Source: Macrostomum lignano
Lineage: Eukaryota
DNA: 64,000 nucleotides
Assembly: GCA_002269645.1 (NCBI GenBank)
Contig: NIVC01002768.1
Span: 1-64,000, forward strand
Reading direction: 5' to 3'
Shown one piece after another: positions 31,343 through 44,125 of this stretch. The notes under the pieces are model-generated. The model did not search any database. It saw only the letters and a list, made by a program, of their open reading frames with translations, and was not told the origin of the DNA. Both the position numbers and the translations under genes were made by a program. The first letter of the stretch is position 1; every line of letters begins with the position of its first letter.

Positions 31343-34290
31343 TCACCTGACAGGCGCTCCTCTCTGCGGAGGCGGTGCCCGTCGCTGCGGGACCGGCGGC
31401 AGCTGAGGCAGCGGCGGCAGTGACACTGGGGGCGGGCGCTTCGAGTCCGAGTTCACGGACACAGTTCTCTGCAAAATTGATAAAGAAATTTTTTCACAGC
31501 CGTTCCATGTTGGCGCCAGGTAAGAGACGTGAAGCTGCTCATTTGAGTTCTCAGTTGCCATCCTTACTTGGAGGGAGACTTTGCCGATTTGGATTTTGAA
31601 AGTGCCACTCCGAATTCTGAAAGTGCCACTCCGAATCCTGAATGTGCCACTCTGGATCCTGAAAGTGCCACTCTGCATCCTGAAAGTGCCACTCCGAATC
31701 CTGAAAGTGCCACTCCGAATCCTGAAAGTGCCACTCCGAATCTTGAAAGTGCCACTCCGAATCTTCAAAGTGCCACTCCGAATCCTGAAAGTGCCACTCT
31801 GCATCCTGAAAGTGCCACTCCAAATCTTGAAAGTGCCACTCCGAATCCTGAAAGTGCCACTCTGCATCCTGAAAGTGCCACTCCAAATCTTGAAAGTGCC
31901 ACTCCGAATCCTGAAAGTGCCACTCTGCATCCTGAAAGTGCCACTCCGAATCCTGAAAGTGCCACTCCGAATCCTGAAAGTGCCACTCTGCATCCTGAAA
32001 GTGCCACTCTGCATCCTGAAAGTGCCACTCTGCATCCTGAAAGTGCCACTCTGCATCCTGAAAGTGCCACTCTGCATCCTGAAAGTGCCACTCCGAATCC
32101 TGAAGTTGCCACTCCTAATCCCAAATACGCCACTCCGAATCCTGAATGCTACTTGAAATGAAAGCCAGCAACCATAAGGAAACTTACTGTCAGCAGCTGA
32201 GGCGGCGGTGGCACGGGCGGCGCATCCTCTTGTTCATCATCCCCATCGACTTCCGACGAAGCTGCAGAATCGTCTTCATTTCGGGGAAGTGAAATTTAAC
32301 ATGCGAGTTTGGTTGTCAATGCGGAATAAATTTATACGGTAAACTTAATTGTGAAATTGCATATTGTAGAGGTAAACTCGTGAATTCGTGAGCTTTTCAA
32401 GATGGAAAAAACGAAAACAATGTTTTCTACTCTTAGTAGGAAATTACGCTCATGCACTCGTAAAAAAGGGTTGGTCAGGAACGAATTTAATAAAAATCGA
32501 TTGAGCGGATGGGCAAATTATGGGAATGAATGGTGAATTTTGCTTCATCTTTTGAGAAATTCTTCCCACCAGGATGCGTCCGACTAATGGTGACACCAGC
32601 CTCAGCAGCTTGATACTCTGGTGACTCCGGCACTGGTGATCGCTTATCCGATGCAGGCTCAGGACTTGAGACTGAAACAGATCTGTCCCGGTCCATCGGC
32701 GAGTCCGAGTGGGATTTCAGAGGCGTGTCCCGTGAGTCCGAGTGGGATTTCAGAGGCGTGTCCCGTGAGTCTGAGTGGGATTTCAGAGGCGTGTCCCGAT
32801 CCATCGGGGAGTCCGAGTGGGATTTCAGAGGCGTGTCCCGATCCATCGGGGAGTCCGAGTGGGATTTCAGAGGCGTGTCCCGATCCATCGGGGAGTCCGA
32901 GTGGGATTTCAGAGGCGTGTCCCGATCCATCGGGGAGTCCGAGTGGGATTTCAGAGGCGTGTCCCGTGAGTCCCGTGAGTCCGAGTGGGATTTCATAGGC
33001 GTGTCCCGGTCCATCGGGGAGTCCGAGTGGGATTTCAGAGGCGTGTCCCGTTCTATCGTCGGGGGCGAGGTCGAGGGCGGGGTCGAGGGCGAGGGCGAGG
33101 GCGGGGTCGAGGGCGAGGGCGAGGGCGAGGAACTGAAGCAGGAGTTCTGCTCTTCGTAACAGAGAATCCCCATCACAGTTTCCGGCCGATCCGGCTGCTC
33201 GGCACTCGTCGAGCTCAAACTGGCGGACGGCGCCGAAATTGAAAAAGTCGCCGACAGCGACGAAGATTTCGATGAAAGCTCGGAGTTCAAAGCTTCGTCA
33301 GCCAACTCAATTGACTTTCCCATCGGATCTGAGTAGGATTCAAGTTTTTTTGACTGGCAAATTCATTTTGTTTGTGCTGCAGCTGAGGCTTTGGGCTCGT
33401 AAACTGCGGCAAATCAAGGCGCTAAGCTGACCTGCCGACAGGGCCTTGGGGGCTGGCCCTCACGGGCGAGAATGGCACAGCAAGCCCCATCCGTATGCTT
33501 TAATCAGGTTCAAGGTATTGACCCAACTGAACTCCGCACCTGCACCATCGCCATGGTGATCCTCCGTTTCTGCTTCCGTCATCTGATTTGGCTTCCTGCA
33601 AGTGCACCAGTCAATGCGGTCACTGTGCCTGTCTCGAATATGGGAGATTCACGCAAAAATGCTTACGCTTCGCTCTCCCCGTGAACTGTCACTTTCTTGG
33701 AGAAAGCCACCTTCTTCTGGTGCGGTTCCGCTGCCGCCTTCGCGAGTCTGGCCGCCTCCCGCTTCTCCTGCTGCAATTGCAATTAAAACTTTTTTCTTCC
33801 TCAGAGCCTCAGTGTAGCGCCTGTCAACCTCAGAGCTTCCGCATTGCATTGAAAGCTTCCAGAATCAAAGCTTCCACAATCAAAGCTTCCACAATCAAAG
33901 CTTCCACAATCAAAGCCTCCACAAATCAAAGCTTCCACAATCAAAGCCTCCACAAATCAAAGCTTCCACAATCAAAGCTTCCACAATCAAAGCTTCCACA
34001 ATCAAAGCTTCCACAATCAAAGCTTCCACAATCAAAGCTTCCACAATCAAAGCCTCCACAATCAAAGCTTCCATCCTCAAATCCGCCAGCCCAGCTGTCT
34101 CCATAGCAACGCACGCGTCTCCGCAGGATCACGGCCGGGTCTATAAAGGTGAGCTTTCTTTGCTGCGCCGGCTTGATGAGCACCGGCGCCGGTTTGACCA
34201 GCTTGAACTGGCGATTCTTGGAAAACGGGTCCCGCGAAATCGTGGGCCTCCGCCTCGGCTGCGACTTGAAAAACATTGGCTCTGAAAGCG
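31343..34290 (-). CDS. Probable multi-exon host gene, low-complexity acidic/Ser-Pro protein
   Basis: GC-rich exon-like blocks (31343-31540, 32185-32290, 32560-33320, 33670-33840, 34100-34280) between minisatellite introns; no recognisable domain. Confidence 0.35.
31605..32150. repeat. 21-bp minisatellite (CCTGAAAGTGCCACTCCGAAT)
   Basis: Direct reading. Confidence 0.92.
32700..33050. repeat. 42-bp repeat, possibly coding (RDTPLKSHSDSPMD)
   Basis: Repeat lies inside the 32487-33323 minus-strand ORF. Confidence 0.8.
33850..34078. repeat. 15-bp minisatellite (CAAAGCTTCCACAAT)
   Basis: Direct reading. Confidence 0.9.
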
Positions 34291-34504
34291 GTCAGAAATT
34301 AATTGGTCAGCAGCGTGTATGCGATAAATAGGATTAAAAAATATCCAGCAGCTGATGGTGCATCAATTTTCGTTGTAAATATATGCGAGTAGGAGTCACG
34401 TGGTTGCACAGATGGCATAAAGGTAGCGGGTTTTAGCAAAGCGAAAGCAACATCATGGAGCGGAGGGAAGCCGGTATAGATTAGCAATCCACCCTGTTCC
34501 TTCA

Positions 34505-34885
34505 TTGATGTAGGCTAGATTGGCAATCCATTCTATTCCTTTATTCATTTAGGCTAGATTAGCAATCCATTCTATTCCTTCTTTGATATAGGCTAGATTA
34601 GCAATCCATTCTATTCCTTTATTCATTTAGGCTAGATTAGCAATTCATTCTATTCCTTCATTGATGTAGGCTAGATTAGCAATCCATTCTATTCCTTTAT
34701 TGATGTAGGCTAGATTAGCAATCCATTCTATTCCTTCATTGATGTAGGCTAGACTAACAATCCATTCTATTCCTTCATTGATGTAGGCTAGATTAGCAAT
34801 CCATTCTATTCCTTCATTGATGTAGGCTAGATTAGCAATCCATTCTATTCCTTCATTGATGTAGGCTAGATTAGCAATCCATCCT
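34505..34885. repeat. 39-bp minisatellite
   Basis: GTAGGCTAGATTAGCAATCCATTCTATTCCTTCATTGAT units. Confidence 0.9.
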
Positions 34886-35571
34886 GTTCCTCTCTTCAAT
34901 TCTCTGTACTCTTCTAACCGTGACTAAAATAAAATGCAGCGGGTGTAACTGTACGTACATTTAAACATCAGAAAGCGGACTAACAACAAAACTCTATCAG
35001 CATAGTGCACCTGCAAAATTACGTCAACAACAAGTTGACAGTCACTAAGACAGGCGGGAAAAACCGCAACTAAAAATGCTTAGGGAGGCGAAAAAACCGG
35101 AAGCGGAAGCCGATACCCGACCGGAGCCATCGGTAGGCGCTGGCCGCCAAGCGTCTCTCGGTCGACTCCGCAGCTCCCCGACGATTCTTAGAAAATCTGA
35201 CTAGAAAGGCTGCGGCAGCCGCGGCAGTCGGAACTCTTATCACTGCTGCTCGGCGATGTGACAGTGCGGTGGGTGGCTTTGAGATTAGCAAATAAATGAA
35301 ACATAAAACAGGGGTTCGCAGTCAAGCTTGAACAGCAAAAAGTCAAACAATAAAACACCTTTGCTCCGGAATCTTCTCGCGCGGTTGGGTTCGATTGAGG
35401 CGTTCGACGCGGCCACACTGCTGCGAGGCAAGCGGCCTTTGGTGGCAAATTCAGGTGACGAATTCTCTGTGAAAATTTGGTGAAAGTCAACAAAAATGGT
35501 TGGTGAGTGAGTGAGTGAATATGAGGGAACACGTGACAGAAAGAGGAATCTTTACTTTGTGGTCATATGGA

Positions 35572-36058
35572 CACAATGATGCGGTCCAGTTTCCCTATAT
35601 GACTGGCTGCAATGATGCGGTCCAGTTTCCCTATATGACTGGCTGCAATGATGCGGTCCAGTTTCCCTATATGACTGGCTGCAATGATGCGGTCCAGTTT
35701 CCCTATATGACTGGCTGCAATGATGCAGTCCAGTTTCCCTATATGACTGGCTGCAATGATGCGGTCCAGTTTCCCTATATGACTGGCTGTAATGATGCGG
35801 TCCAGTTTCCCTATATGACTGGCTGCAATGATGCAGTCCAGTTTCCCTATATGACTGGCTGTAATGATGCGGTCCAGTTTCTCTATATGACTGGCTGCAA
35901 TGATGCGGTCCAGTTTCTCTATATGACTGGCTGCAATGATGCGGTCCAGTTTCTCTATATGACTGGCTGCAATGATGCGGTCCAGTTTCCCTATATGACT
36001 GGCTGCAATGATGCGGTCCAGTTCCACATTATCACTGGCTGCAATGATGCGGTCCAGT
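35572..36058. repeat. 36-bp minisatellite
   Basis: GGCTGCAATGATGCGGTCCAGTTTCCCTATATGACT units. Confidence 0.92.
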
Positions 36059-36511
36059 AGTGCAACATCAAACCTTGGAAAAAGTCATGGCTAAGTGATA
36101 CAGAGCCAGTCAGTGCCTCACAAATGCTATAATAGGTATCATACGCCAGGGTGACAGGTAAAGCATGCAATTAAAAAAACTGACTGGATGGCGTACGAGT
36201 GACAGCTGGACAACTCATTAGTGAGGAAACTTATTTGCTCATCCGGGACAAGCTCTAAAGTCTAACTTTGCCTTCTTACGAGGCCTATATGACAGATTTT
36301 GCTGAAAGCAGTCCGATTTGCTTTTAATCGCTGGATAAAATGAATTATGCTGGGCCATCGATTCTGTACTTGCATCGAGGCTTACAGAATGCATTCAACC
36401 CTCTTATTTGTAGCGGTCATGGGGTTGTGACGGACAGCGTATAGGATGATACAAAAGTACATAAATAGGTTCGGGAAATATTGTAAAACTTGTGTGAATA
36501 TCTGGAATTGA

Positions 36512-37408
36512 TTAATGCATGAAAATATAATCGCCCTCACCATCTTCTGCATCCTCCGCTTCGTTAATCGCTTCTGTCGATTTCGTTGCTTCCGCAATTT
36601 TCGTCGTATCCGACTCTCTCGTCTCTTCTGTAGCTTCCGTTGCTTTCGTAGCTTCCGTTGCTTTCGTAGCTTCCGTTGCTTTCGTAGCTTCCGTTGCTTT
36701 CGTAGCTTCCGTTGCTTTCGTAGCTTCCGTTGCTTTCGTAGCTTCCGTTGCTTTCGTAGCTTCCGTTGCTTTCGTAGCTTCCGTTGCTTTCGTAGCTTCC
36801 GTTGCTTTCGTAGCTTCCGTTGCTTTCGTAGCTTCCGTTGCTTTCGTAGCTTCCGTTGCTTTCGTAGCTTCCGTTGCTTTCGTAGCTTCCGTTGCTTTCG
36901 TAGCTTCCGTTGCTTTCGTAGCTTCCGTTGCTTTCGTAGCTTCCGTTGCTTTCGTAGCTTCCGTTGCTTTCGTAGCTTCCGTTGCTTTCGTAGCTTCCGT
37001 TGCTTTCGTAGCTTCCGTTGCTTTCGTAGCTTCCGTTGCTCCCGCCTCTTCAGCTGACTCTGCATTCTCCTGCACCTCCGCCGCCGCCAAATGCAAGGCC
37101 TCAGCCGACCGCTGACTCACCGTCACCTTGATGATGTTGCTGACGCTCATGGCGGCATCCGCATCGCTGATAAACTCGAACTCGTGGCTGCTTCTATCGT
37201 AGTCCTCGAACCAGTTGCTTCCGTCCTCGTCTAAATCGATATTGGCATCGAATTTCTCCCAGTCGAAGCCGTCGCCGCCGCTTCCAGCCTCATCGCAGCC
37301 GACATCCGTCGGCGGAGTTCGTCTGGCGATTCCGCCGCTGCCGCCTTCAGCAGTCCGGCTGTCAGCCTCCGCCATCTCTCTGGCCAGCCAGTCAGGCAGG
37401 GGGATCAC
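36512..37408 (-). CDS. Probable host exon: acidic protein containing an 18-bp (ATEATK)n coding repeat (36630-37040)
   Basis: Non-repeat flanks are open and protein-like (DGFDWEKFDANIDLDEDGSNWFEDYD; EAINEAEDAEDGE). Confidence 0.45.
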   Translation of the reverse strand: MIPLPDWLAREMAEADSRTAEGGSGGIARRTPPTDVGCDEAGSGGDGFDWEKFDANIDLDEDGSNWFEDYDRSSHEFEFISDADAAMSVSNIIKVTVSQRSAEALHLAAAEVQENAESAEEAGATEATKATEATKATEATKATEATKATEATKATEATKATEATKATEATKATEATKATEATKATEATKATEATKATEATKATEATKATEATKATEATKATEATKATEATKATEATKATEATKATEATKATEATKATEATEETRESDTTKIAEATKSTEAINEAEDAEDGEGDYIFMH

Positions 37409-38027
37409 TGGGTGATGAAGGGAGGCAGGACAATGATTGTCTTAAATTCCCGTTCGAAGTAAATGTTTCATGAGGCACTTTTATCCCACTCTGTAGCGAC
37501 CCGTCCCCCACCCGCCTCTCAGCTTTTTTCCCCTTTTCATTCCCGTCATTTATTCCCCATCCCCTTGCCCGTATCCAGCTGTATCCAGGCTGGGACTGCT
37601 GCAGAAGCTTTCATAATTTCGTAATCCCAATCCCCATCCCCTTTCCTTACGATGCAGCCCAGGCCCTCTGCCCAACCGAGAATGTTTCTGACTGGCTTTT
37701 GTTAAAACAGAACTCAATAGAAGATATTGGATTTTTTCGAGAGCGGTTGGGAAATGTTTTGTTTCTAAATTTTTGCCTGCTGTGGCGCGACCGAACGGTT
37801 GCGGGGGTGGCAGCGGGAGACCGATTCACTACATGATTTCTAGGAAGGAATAGCCCATAGCATATAGCAGAAGTGAGGGTTTTGACCATAGACCAGGGGT
37901 CGGCAAACACCGGCCCGCGGGCAATATACATGTACTGCCTGCAAAGCCTCTCTATGAAACTTTGCAATAGCAATCCGGTCCGCTAAACGTTTACATCTCT
38001 TCTCAGCGCTGTTCTCTCTAATCTCCC

Positions 38028-38235
38028 CTCCCCTCTCCTCTCCTCTCCTCTCCTCTCCTCTCCACTCGTCTCCTCTCCTCTCCTCTCCTCTCCTCTCCTC
38101 TCCTCTCCTCTCCTCTCCTCTCCTCTCCTCTCCTCTCCTCTCCTCTCCTCTCCTCTCCTCTCCTCTCTCTCCTCTCCTCTCCTCTACTCTCCTCTCCTCT
38201 CCTCTCCTCTCCTCTCTCCTCTCCTCCCGTCTTCT
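38028..38235. repeat. (CTCCT)n microsatellite
   Basis: Direct reading. Confidence 0.95.
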
Positions 38236-38729
38236 CTTCATTCCCTTTCCTCTCTCACCTGTTCCAGCCCACAGTCATGCCCTAGGTTCTTTACTAGCCA
38301 TTTAGCCCCCCGCTGGGGGGCCTTAAAATGACACCAAATTGCCATGAATCAAACTTTCATCAACCAAAAAAGTTTCCTTCATCAACCCAAAAACCTTTCT
38401 CAATCAGTAAATAGTGCTTATCCTTTCAAGCACAAACTCTTAGTGCATATTTGCTATCCTACTGTGAGTAGAACACTGGCGCACTAAACTCACGGCTCTC
38501 CGATGCCGCTGATGAGGCCGGCGACTCCGACCTGTTTCTGTCGATCTGTCCGGAGCCCCGTCGACGCGGTTGCCGGGCGCCGCTAAGCAGGCGCACCTCT
38601 GAGTCTGTGAGCGCCCTCTGCTGCCGCCAGTTGCCATAGCAACCAACAAGCTGGTCGGCCGGATTTCGATGCAGACTGAAATAATGTTTTTGGTTTAAAA
38701 AAGAATACGAATATTAAGGGATCTTACCA

Positions 38730-39425
38730 ACTTGGCCAGCACCTGTTCAAACTGTCCAGCACCTGTTCAATCTAGCCAGCACCTGTTCAACCTGGCCAGC
38801 ACCTGTTCAACCTAGCCAGCACCCGTTCAACCTGGCCAGCACCTGTTCAAACTGTCCAGCACCTGTTCAATCTAGCCAGCACCTGTTCAACCTTTCTAGC
38901 ACCCGTTCAACCTGGCCAGCACCTGTTCAAACTCTCCAGCACCTGTTCAGTTTAGCCAGCACCTGTTCAACCTAGCCAGCACCTGTTCAACCTGTCCAGC
39001 ACCTGTTCAACCTGTCCAGCACCTGTTCAACCTGTCCAGCACCTGTTCAGTCTGTCCAGCACCTGTTCAGCCTGTCCAGCACCTGTTCAACCGGTCCAGC
39101 ACCTGTTCAACCTGTCCAGCACCTGTTCAACCTGTCCAGCACCTGTTCAACCTGTCCAGCACCTGTTCAACCTGTCCAGCACCTGTTCAACCTGTCCAGC
39201 ACCTGTTCAACCTGTCCAGCACCTGTTCAACCTGTCCAGCACCTGTTCAACCTGTCCAGCACCTGTTCAGTCTGTCCAGCACCTGTTCAGCCTGTCCAGC
39301 ACCTGTTCAACGGGTCCAGCACCTGTTCAACCTGTCCAGCACCTGTTCAACCTGTCCAGCACCTGTTCAACCTGTCCAGCACCTGTTCAACCTGTCCAGC
39401 ACCTGTTCAACCTGGCCAGCACCTG
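38730..39425. repeat. 20-bp minisatellite (CCTGTCCAGCACCTGTTCAA)
   Basis: Direct reading. Confidence 0.93.
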
Positions 39426-39540
39426 TACGCAGGCACCTGTCATACACAGCTCACACAGGGTGTACAGTGGCCCTGACTTTCTAGTCGTCAGGCATGTACA
39501 CTCTGTGCCTTGAATCGCGACCCAAATTAATGCGGCCTAA
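39425..39540 (-). mobile_element. Diverged fragment related to the SINE body
   Basis: GTACAGTGGCCCTGACTTT...GGCATGTACAC...CCAAATTAATG parallels the SINE central region. Confidence 0.5.
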
Positions 39541-40014
39541 GCTACACTAATTTAGCTCAACAATTGTTGCTAGTCTGTTCGGATGACAGTGTGTACTAAA
39601 ATCCACAAAAAGGACACTCCGAACTGATCCTCAACCCCCGGACTCACTGCGGCGCAGTCAGCAGCTCGCAGCCCATGCACAGTCGGCAGCCGTGGCACCA
39701 GCCGGGAAAGACAGTCAGCTGTTGTCGGCTCTGATTTGTTTGCCGCTGACGCAGTCGCTGAGGCGACGTCTTTGGCGCCACCAGCGGCGCCGGCGTGACC
39801 AGGCTGAAGTAGCCGACGGCGGAGCGTCGCCTGCGAGGATTCGGGGCCGAGCTGCCGCTTGCATGGATTCGCAGCTGTTGCTGCTGCAGCCGCTGCCGAT
39901 CCGGTGCCAGGCTGCACTGCTCGCTGTGCACTCGAGGGGCCAGCCTGTGTAGCAGGAAAACGGTTTATTTGTGCGAACCGGGTTTCTGAAGCTGACATTT
40001 TTTGTATGGTTGGG

Positions 40015-40625
40015 GTTGGTGTGTTGCTATAGGTGATCTTTTGATAGGGGTAGGTGTGTTGCTATAGGGGATCTTTTGATAGGGGTAGGTGTGTTGCTAT
40101 AGGAGATCTTTTGATAGGGGTAGGTGTGTTGCTATAGGAGATCTTTTGATAGGGGTAGGTGTGTTGCTATATGAAATCTTTTGATAGGGGTAGGTGTGTT
40201 GCTATAGGGGATCTTTTGATAGGGGTAGGTGTGTTGCTATATGAAATCTTTTGATAGGGGCAGGTGTGTTGCTATAGGAGATCTTTTGATAGGGGTTGGT
40301 GTGTTGCTATAGGAGATCTTTTGATAGGGGTAGGTGTGTTGCTATAGGAGATCTTTTGATTGGGGTAGGTGTGTTGCTATAGGGGATCTTTTGATAGGGT
40401 AGGTGTGTTGCTAGGGTAGATGTGTTGCTAGGGTAGATGTGTTGCTAGGGTAGATGTGTTGCTAGGGTAGATGTGTTGCTAGGGCTAGGTGTGTTGCTAG
40501 GGCTAGGTGTGTTGCTAGGGTAGATGTGTTGCTAGGGTAGGTGTGTTGCTAGGGTAATGCGTTGCTATAGAACTTTTTCTAGGGGTAGGTGTGTCGCTTG
40601 ATATAGATGTGTTGCTAGGGGTAGA
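40015..40625. repeat. Compound minisatellite (~38-bp then ~19-bp units with a shared GGTGTGTTGCTA core)
   Basis: Direct reading. Confidence 0.9.
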
Positions 40626-41454
40626 TCCGTTGCTAGGTTAATTGTGTTGCTAGGAGAGACTTTTCCTGAATTTGAGCATACCGAGTTTGCCGCTCAATGG
40701 GAGTTCGGCGAGCCCGATAGGCCGCGGTGGCACCGGGCAGTGGAGTCAAGCGTACACGGCCATCATCGTTGATGAGGCTTGGGATGCTGAGCGAGCGAGA
40801 GCGTCGAAAAAGCAGCCGGTCAGATGAAGCTGACATATCGATTTGCTTTGATGAAGCCCGAGAACAGCTGCCAGGTTGCCAATTTATTTCCTTTGCATCC
40901 CCATCTTATAAGCTCGCATGATCGCGGCCTGCCCCCATTGAAACCCGTGGCAGCACTGAGACCCGTGCGAGACCCATTGTGCTTAATCCGATTGCTCCGA
41001 TGCCTTTCTGCCAACTTGCAGCACTGCCCCCAGTGCCCCAAATCCCTCCTCTCTCTCCCCGTTGTCTCGCGGGACCAATTCAGCTTCCCGCGTTTCCGCC
41101 ATTCTTTTTCCAAAAACCAGCCTCATCAGGTTCGCTGCCAGCTGCCAGCATTGTTCTTGGCCCGGGACGCCGAGGTGAAAGTGGAGTCTGCGGGGCGGCG
41201 GTCCGGCATTGCGGGGCCAAATCCAGCTGTGTGAAGTACGTCCGCGCCAATCTGCCTATTGTTGGCGCGCTTTGAACTTCCCGGAACCAGGCATGATCCC
41301 CATTGACTCCGCATCCTATATGCAATGGCATGCATTCGTAGGATTTTATGGTTTATTAGACTAAAGCGATTATTAATCCTGCCCTGCTTACTATTCTGTT
41401 GCTATTAAATACAAAATGCTTGCCATAAACTGCTGAACAATATCTTCCACCTTC

Positions 41455-41960
41455 TGTGCCTACCCTCTCTGCCTACCCTCTCTGCCCACCCTCTCTGCCT
41501 ACCCTCTCTGCCTACCCTCTCTGCCTACCCTCTCTGCCCACCCTCTCTGCCTACCCTCTCTGCCTACCCTCTCTGCCTACCCTCTCTGCCTACCCTCTCT
41601 GCCTACCCTCTCTGCCAACCCTCTCTGCCCATCCCTCTCTGCCCACCCTCTCTGCCTACCCTCTCTGCCCACCCTCTCTGCCCACCCTCTCTGCCTACCC
41701 TATCTGCCTACCCTCTCTGCCTACCCTCTCTGCCTACCCTTTCTGACTACCCTCTCTGCCTACCCTCTCTGCCTACCCTCTCTGCCTACCCTCTCTGCCT
41801 ACCCTCTCTGCCTACCCTTTCTGACTACCCTCTCTGCCTACCCTCTCTGCCTACCCTCTCTGCCTACCCTCTCTGCCTACCCTCTCTGCCTACCCTCTCT
41901 GCCTACCCTTTCTGACTACCCTCTCTGCCCACCCTTTCTGTCTTACCCTCTCTGCCTACT
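41455..41960. repeat. 13-bp minisatellite (CCCTCTCTGCCTA)
   Basis: Direct reading. Confidence 0.93.
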
Positions 41961-41977
41961 CTTAGTTAGCACAAAGA

Positions 41978-42110
41978 GCATGGCTGCCATGAGCAATGAG
42001 CATGGCTGCCATGAGCAATGAGCATGACTGCCATGAGCAATGAGCATGACTGCCATGAGCAATGAGCATGACTGCCATGAGCAATGAGCATGACTGCCAT
42101 GAGCAATGAG
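41978..42110. repeat. 22-bp minisatellite (CATGACTGCCATGAGCAATGAG)
   Basis: Direct reading. Confidence 0.9.
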
Positions 42111-44125
42111 CATAGTCGACTGTCGCCTTGAATCAGAGCCAGTGCCCCAAAATACCCGCTCTCTCTCTCTCTTCAGTCCCAGCTCAGATGCATCAAATGT
42201 CAGTCCCGAATTCGTGGGAATTTTCCACAGCTGGCTCGCGAAGCTGCTCCAATATTCGACTGGGTCGAGTGTTGCTTTGCAAGACGCCAGGCCATTATAT
42301 AGGTGCCTGTTGCTTCTCATTCTGTATACTCGTGCATGCAGCTGGAAACACTGTCTTCTTGCACTAGCATGGTTGCCATTGACAACTAAAGAAACAATTT
42401 GTTCCGCTTCATACAGGTGAACTCGTTAACGAGCTTGTTAGCCCTGAGCAGGGCCCGCATCCCATTAATACTCCCAGCTAGGCTCATTGAAGCCCGCTAT
42501 GCCACGGGGTCGCGGCGCTCTAATTAATTAGAGGCTCAGCCCAGGCTGCGTGCCCGCGAATTCGAAGCAGGATGAGCTGCTTTGAAAGGAGGGCTTTGCA
42601 GTGAAGGATGAATAAATATGGCAAGCTATTTTTGGCAGGCTTGGAAATAAGTGAGTTTGCTTCATCGGAATGTCAAAGAATCAGAGGGTGCCTCTTCGCC
42701 TCCTTCATCCGACTATAAAGCTTGTGTTTACCGAACTTCTCGATGCTTTCTGGTGAAATCTCGTATTAAATAGTGCTTTAACTGCAGGTTTATTTTAACA
42801 GTTCAACCTAACTACAAAAAGGGGTCGGGAAATGTTTCTGCATCAAGGGCCAAGGAACCTTGCGCATGGCTGCGGGCCAGATGAGAGAGGATATGAGAGA
42901 AAATAGAGGAGAGAGAAGAAGAAAGAGGAGATGAGAGGTGAGAGGAAAGGCGAGAGGAGAGATGCGATAAAATATAGGAGGAGTGAGTAGAGAGGAAAAG
43001 ATAAGATAGATAAGATGAAAGACGGAAGGAGAGAAGAAATGAGAGAGAAGAGAGAGAGAAGAGAAGAGAAAAGACACAGATGAAGAGGGAAAGAGGCAAG
43101 ATAGAGAAGGTAAGAGGGCTGAGAAGAGACACAAACCTCTTGCCGGATTGCTATTGTAAAGTTTCAAAGGACTCGGAGGCCGGATAGAGAGGCTTCACAG
43201 GCCGTATGTGGCACCTGAACTACAAGAAGTAAAGAAGAAAGAAACGATCACCAAATAATCGATATCACAGACTCCAACTTGGACAATGGAAATTGAATTA
43301 CGCAACACTCGGTGGTTTTCTCAGAAAAGAGTCAGAGACCGGTAAGGAGGTGTATTTGTCGTATCGTTACTACATTTAGTACGCTCTGCTCGAAAGGCAT
43401 AGCGCTGGGTGGGGTTTTGCCATAGACAAATGCGGTCAAGAAAAACAATGTGCAATAGTGCAATGCACTAGCGGTACGGCAACTACACGTTCCTTACCGG
43501 CCTCCAGCTGATTTCTAAGAAAACCAAATGCAGCGTCCTACTTCAGTTGTCCATGAATTCCTAACCAGTGGTGTAATTATATAAGTTTTTGAAAGCGTCA
43601 GCCTTCAATAAATTTTCCAAGAAACGGTGCGTCCAGTCCAACTACAATAGTTTTAGTAATCCTTGACTCGTAATAGATTAACAAACAAATATTGTTGAAC
43701 GTTTTGCATGTCCGAGTAGTTCTATATGCTAGCTAACAGTAGCTAATTAGAATTGTATGGCAGTGAGGAATAGAACATCTACAGAGTCTGCTGGTCTGTG
43801 CATTGTTATACATGAGCTACAATTGACTAACAGTATTGCGTCTAATTTTGGGAACTAAATAAGGACTAAGCGCTTTGCTGCTTACAAGGTTTCAAACAAC
43901 GATACAGACAGGTATTAGGGGAAAATTATAGACATGGACCCCAGATTTTGCAAAGGACTTTGCTAGCAAAATAATAGACAGCTAAGAGGCCTAGACTACA
44001 AATAGTCTCTGGACAGAGGCACTCGTACATTAAATAATGACGATATCAAATAGGTGGGAAATCATTGTCGGCATCCCGTCAACATCCCGTCATCGCGCTC
44101 TCAGAACCGCCTGTCCGCCTAGCCG

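Noticed and set aside
37894-37925. hAT/Charlie-like terminus CAGGGGTCGGCAAAC
   Set aside because: No matching opposite TIR or TSD found nearby; at most a fragment.
38440-41335. Several GC-rich minus-strand ORFs as a defined gene
   Set aside because: They may be exons, but there is no recognisable domain and I could not build a consistent splice model.
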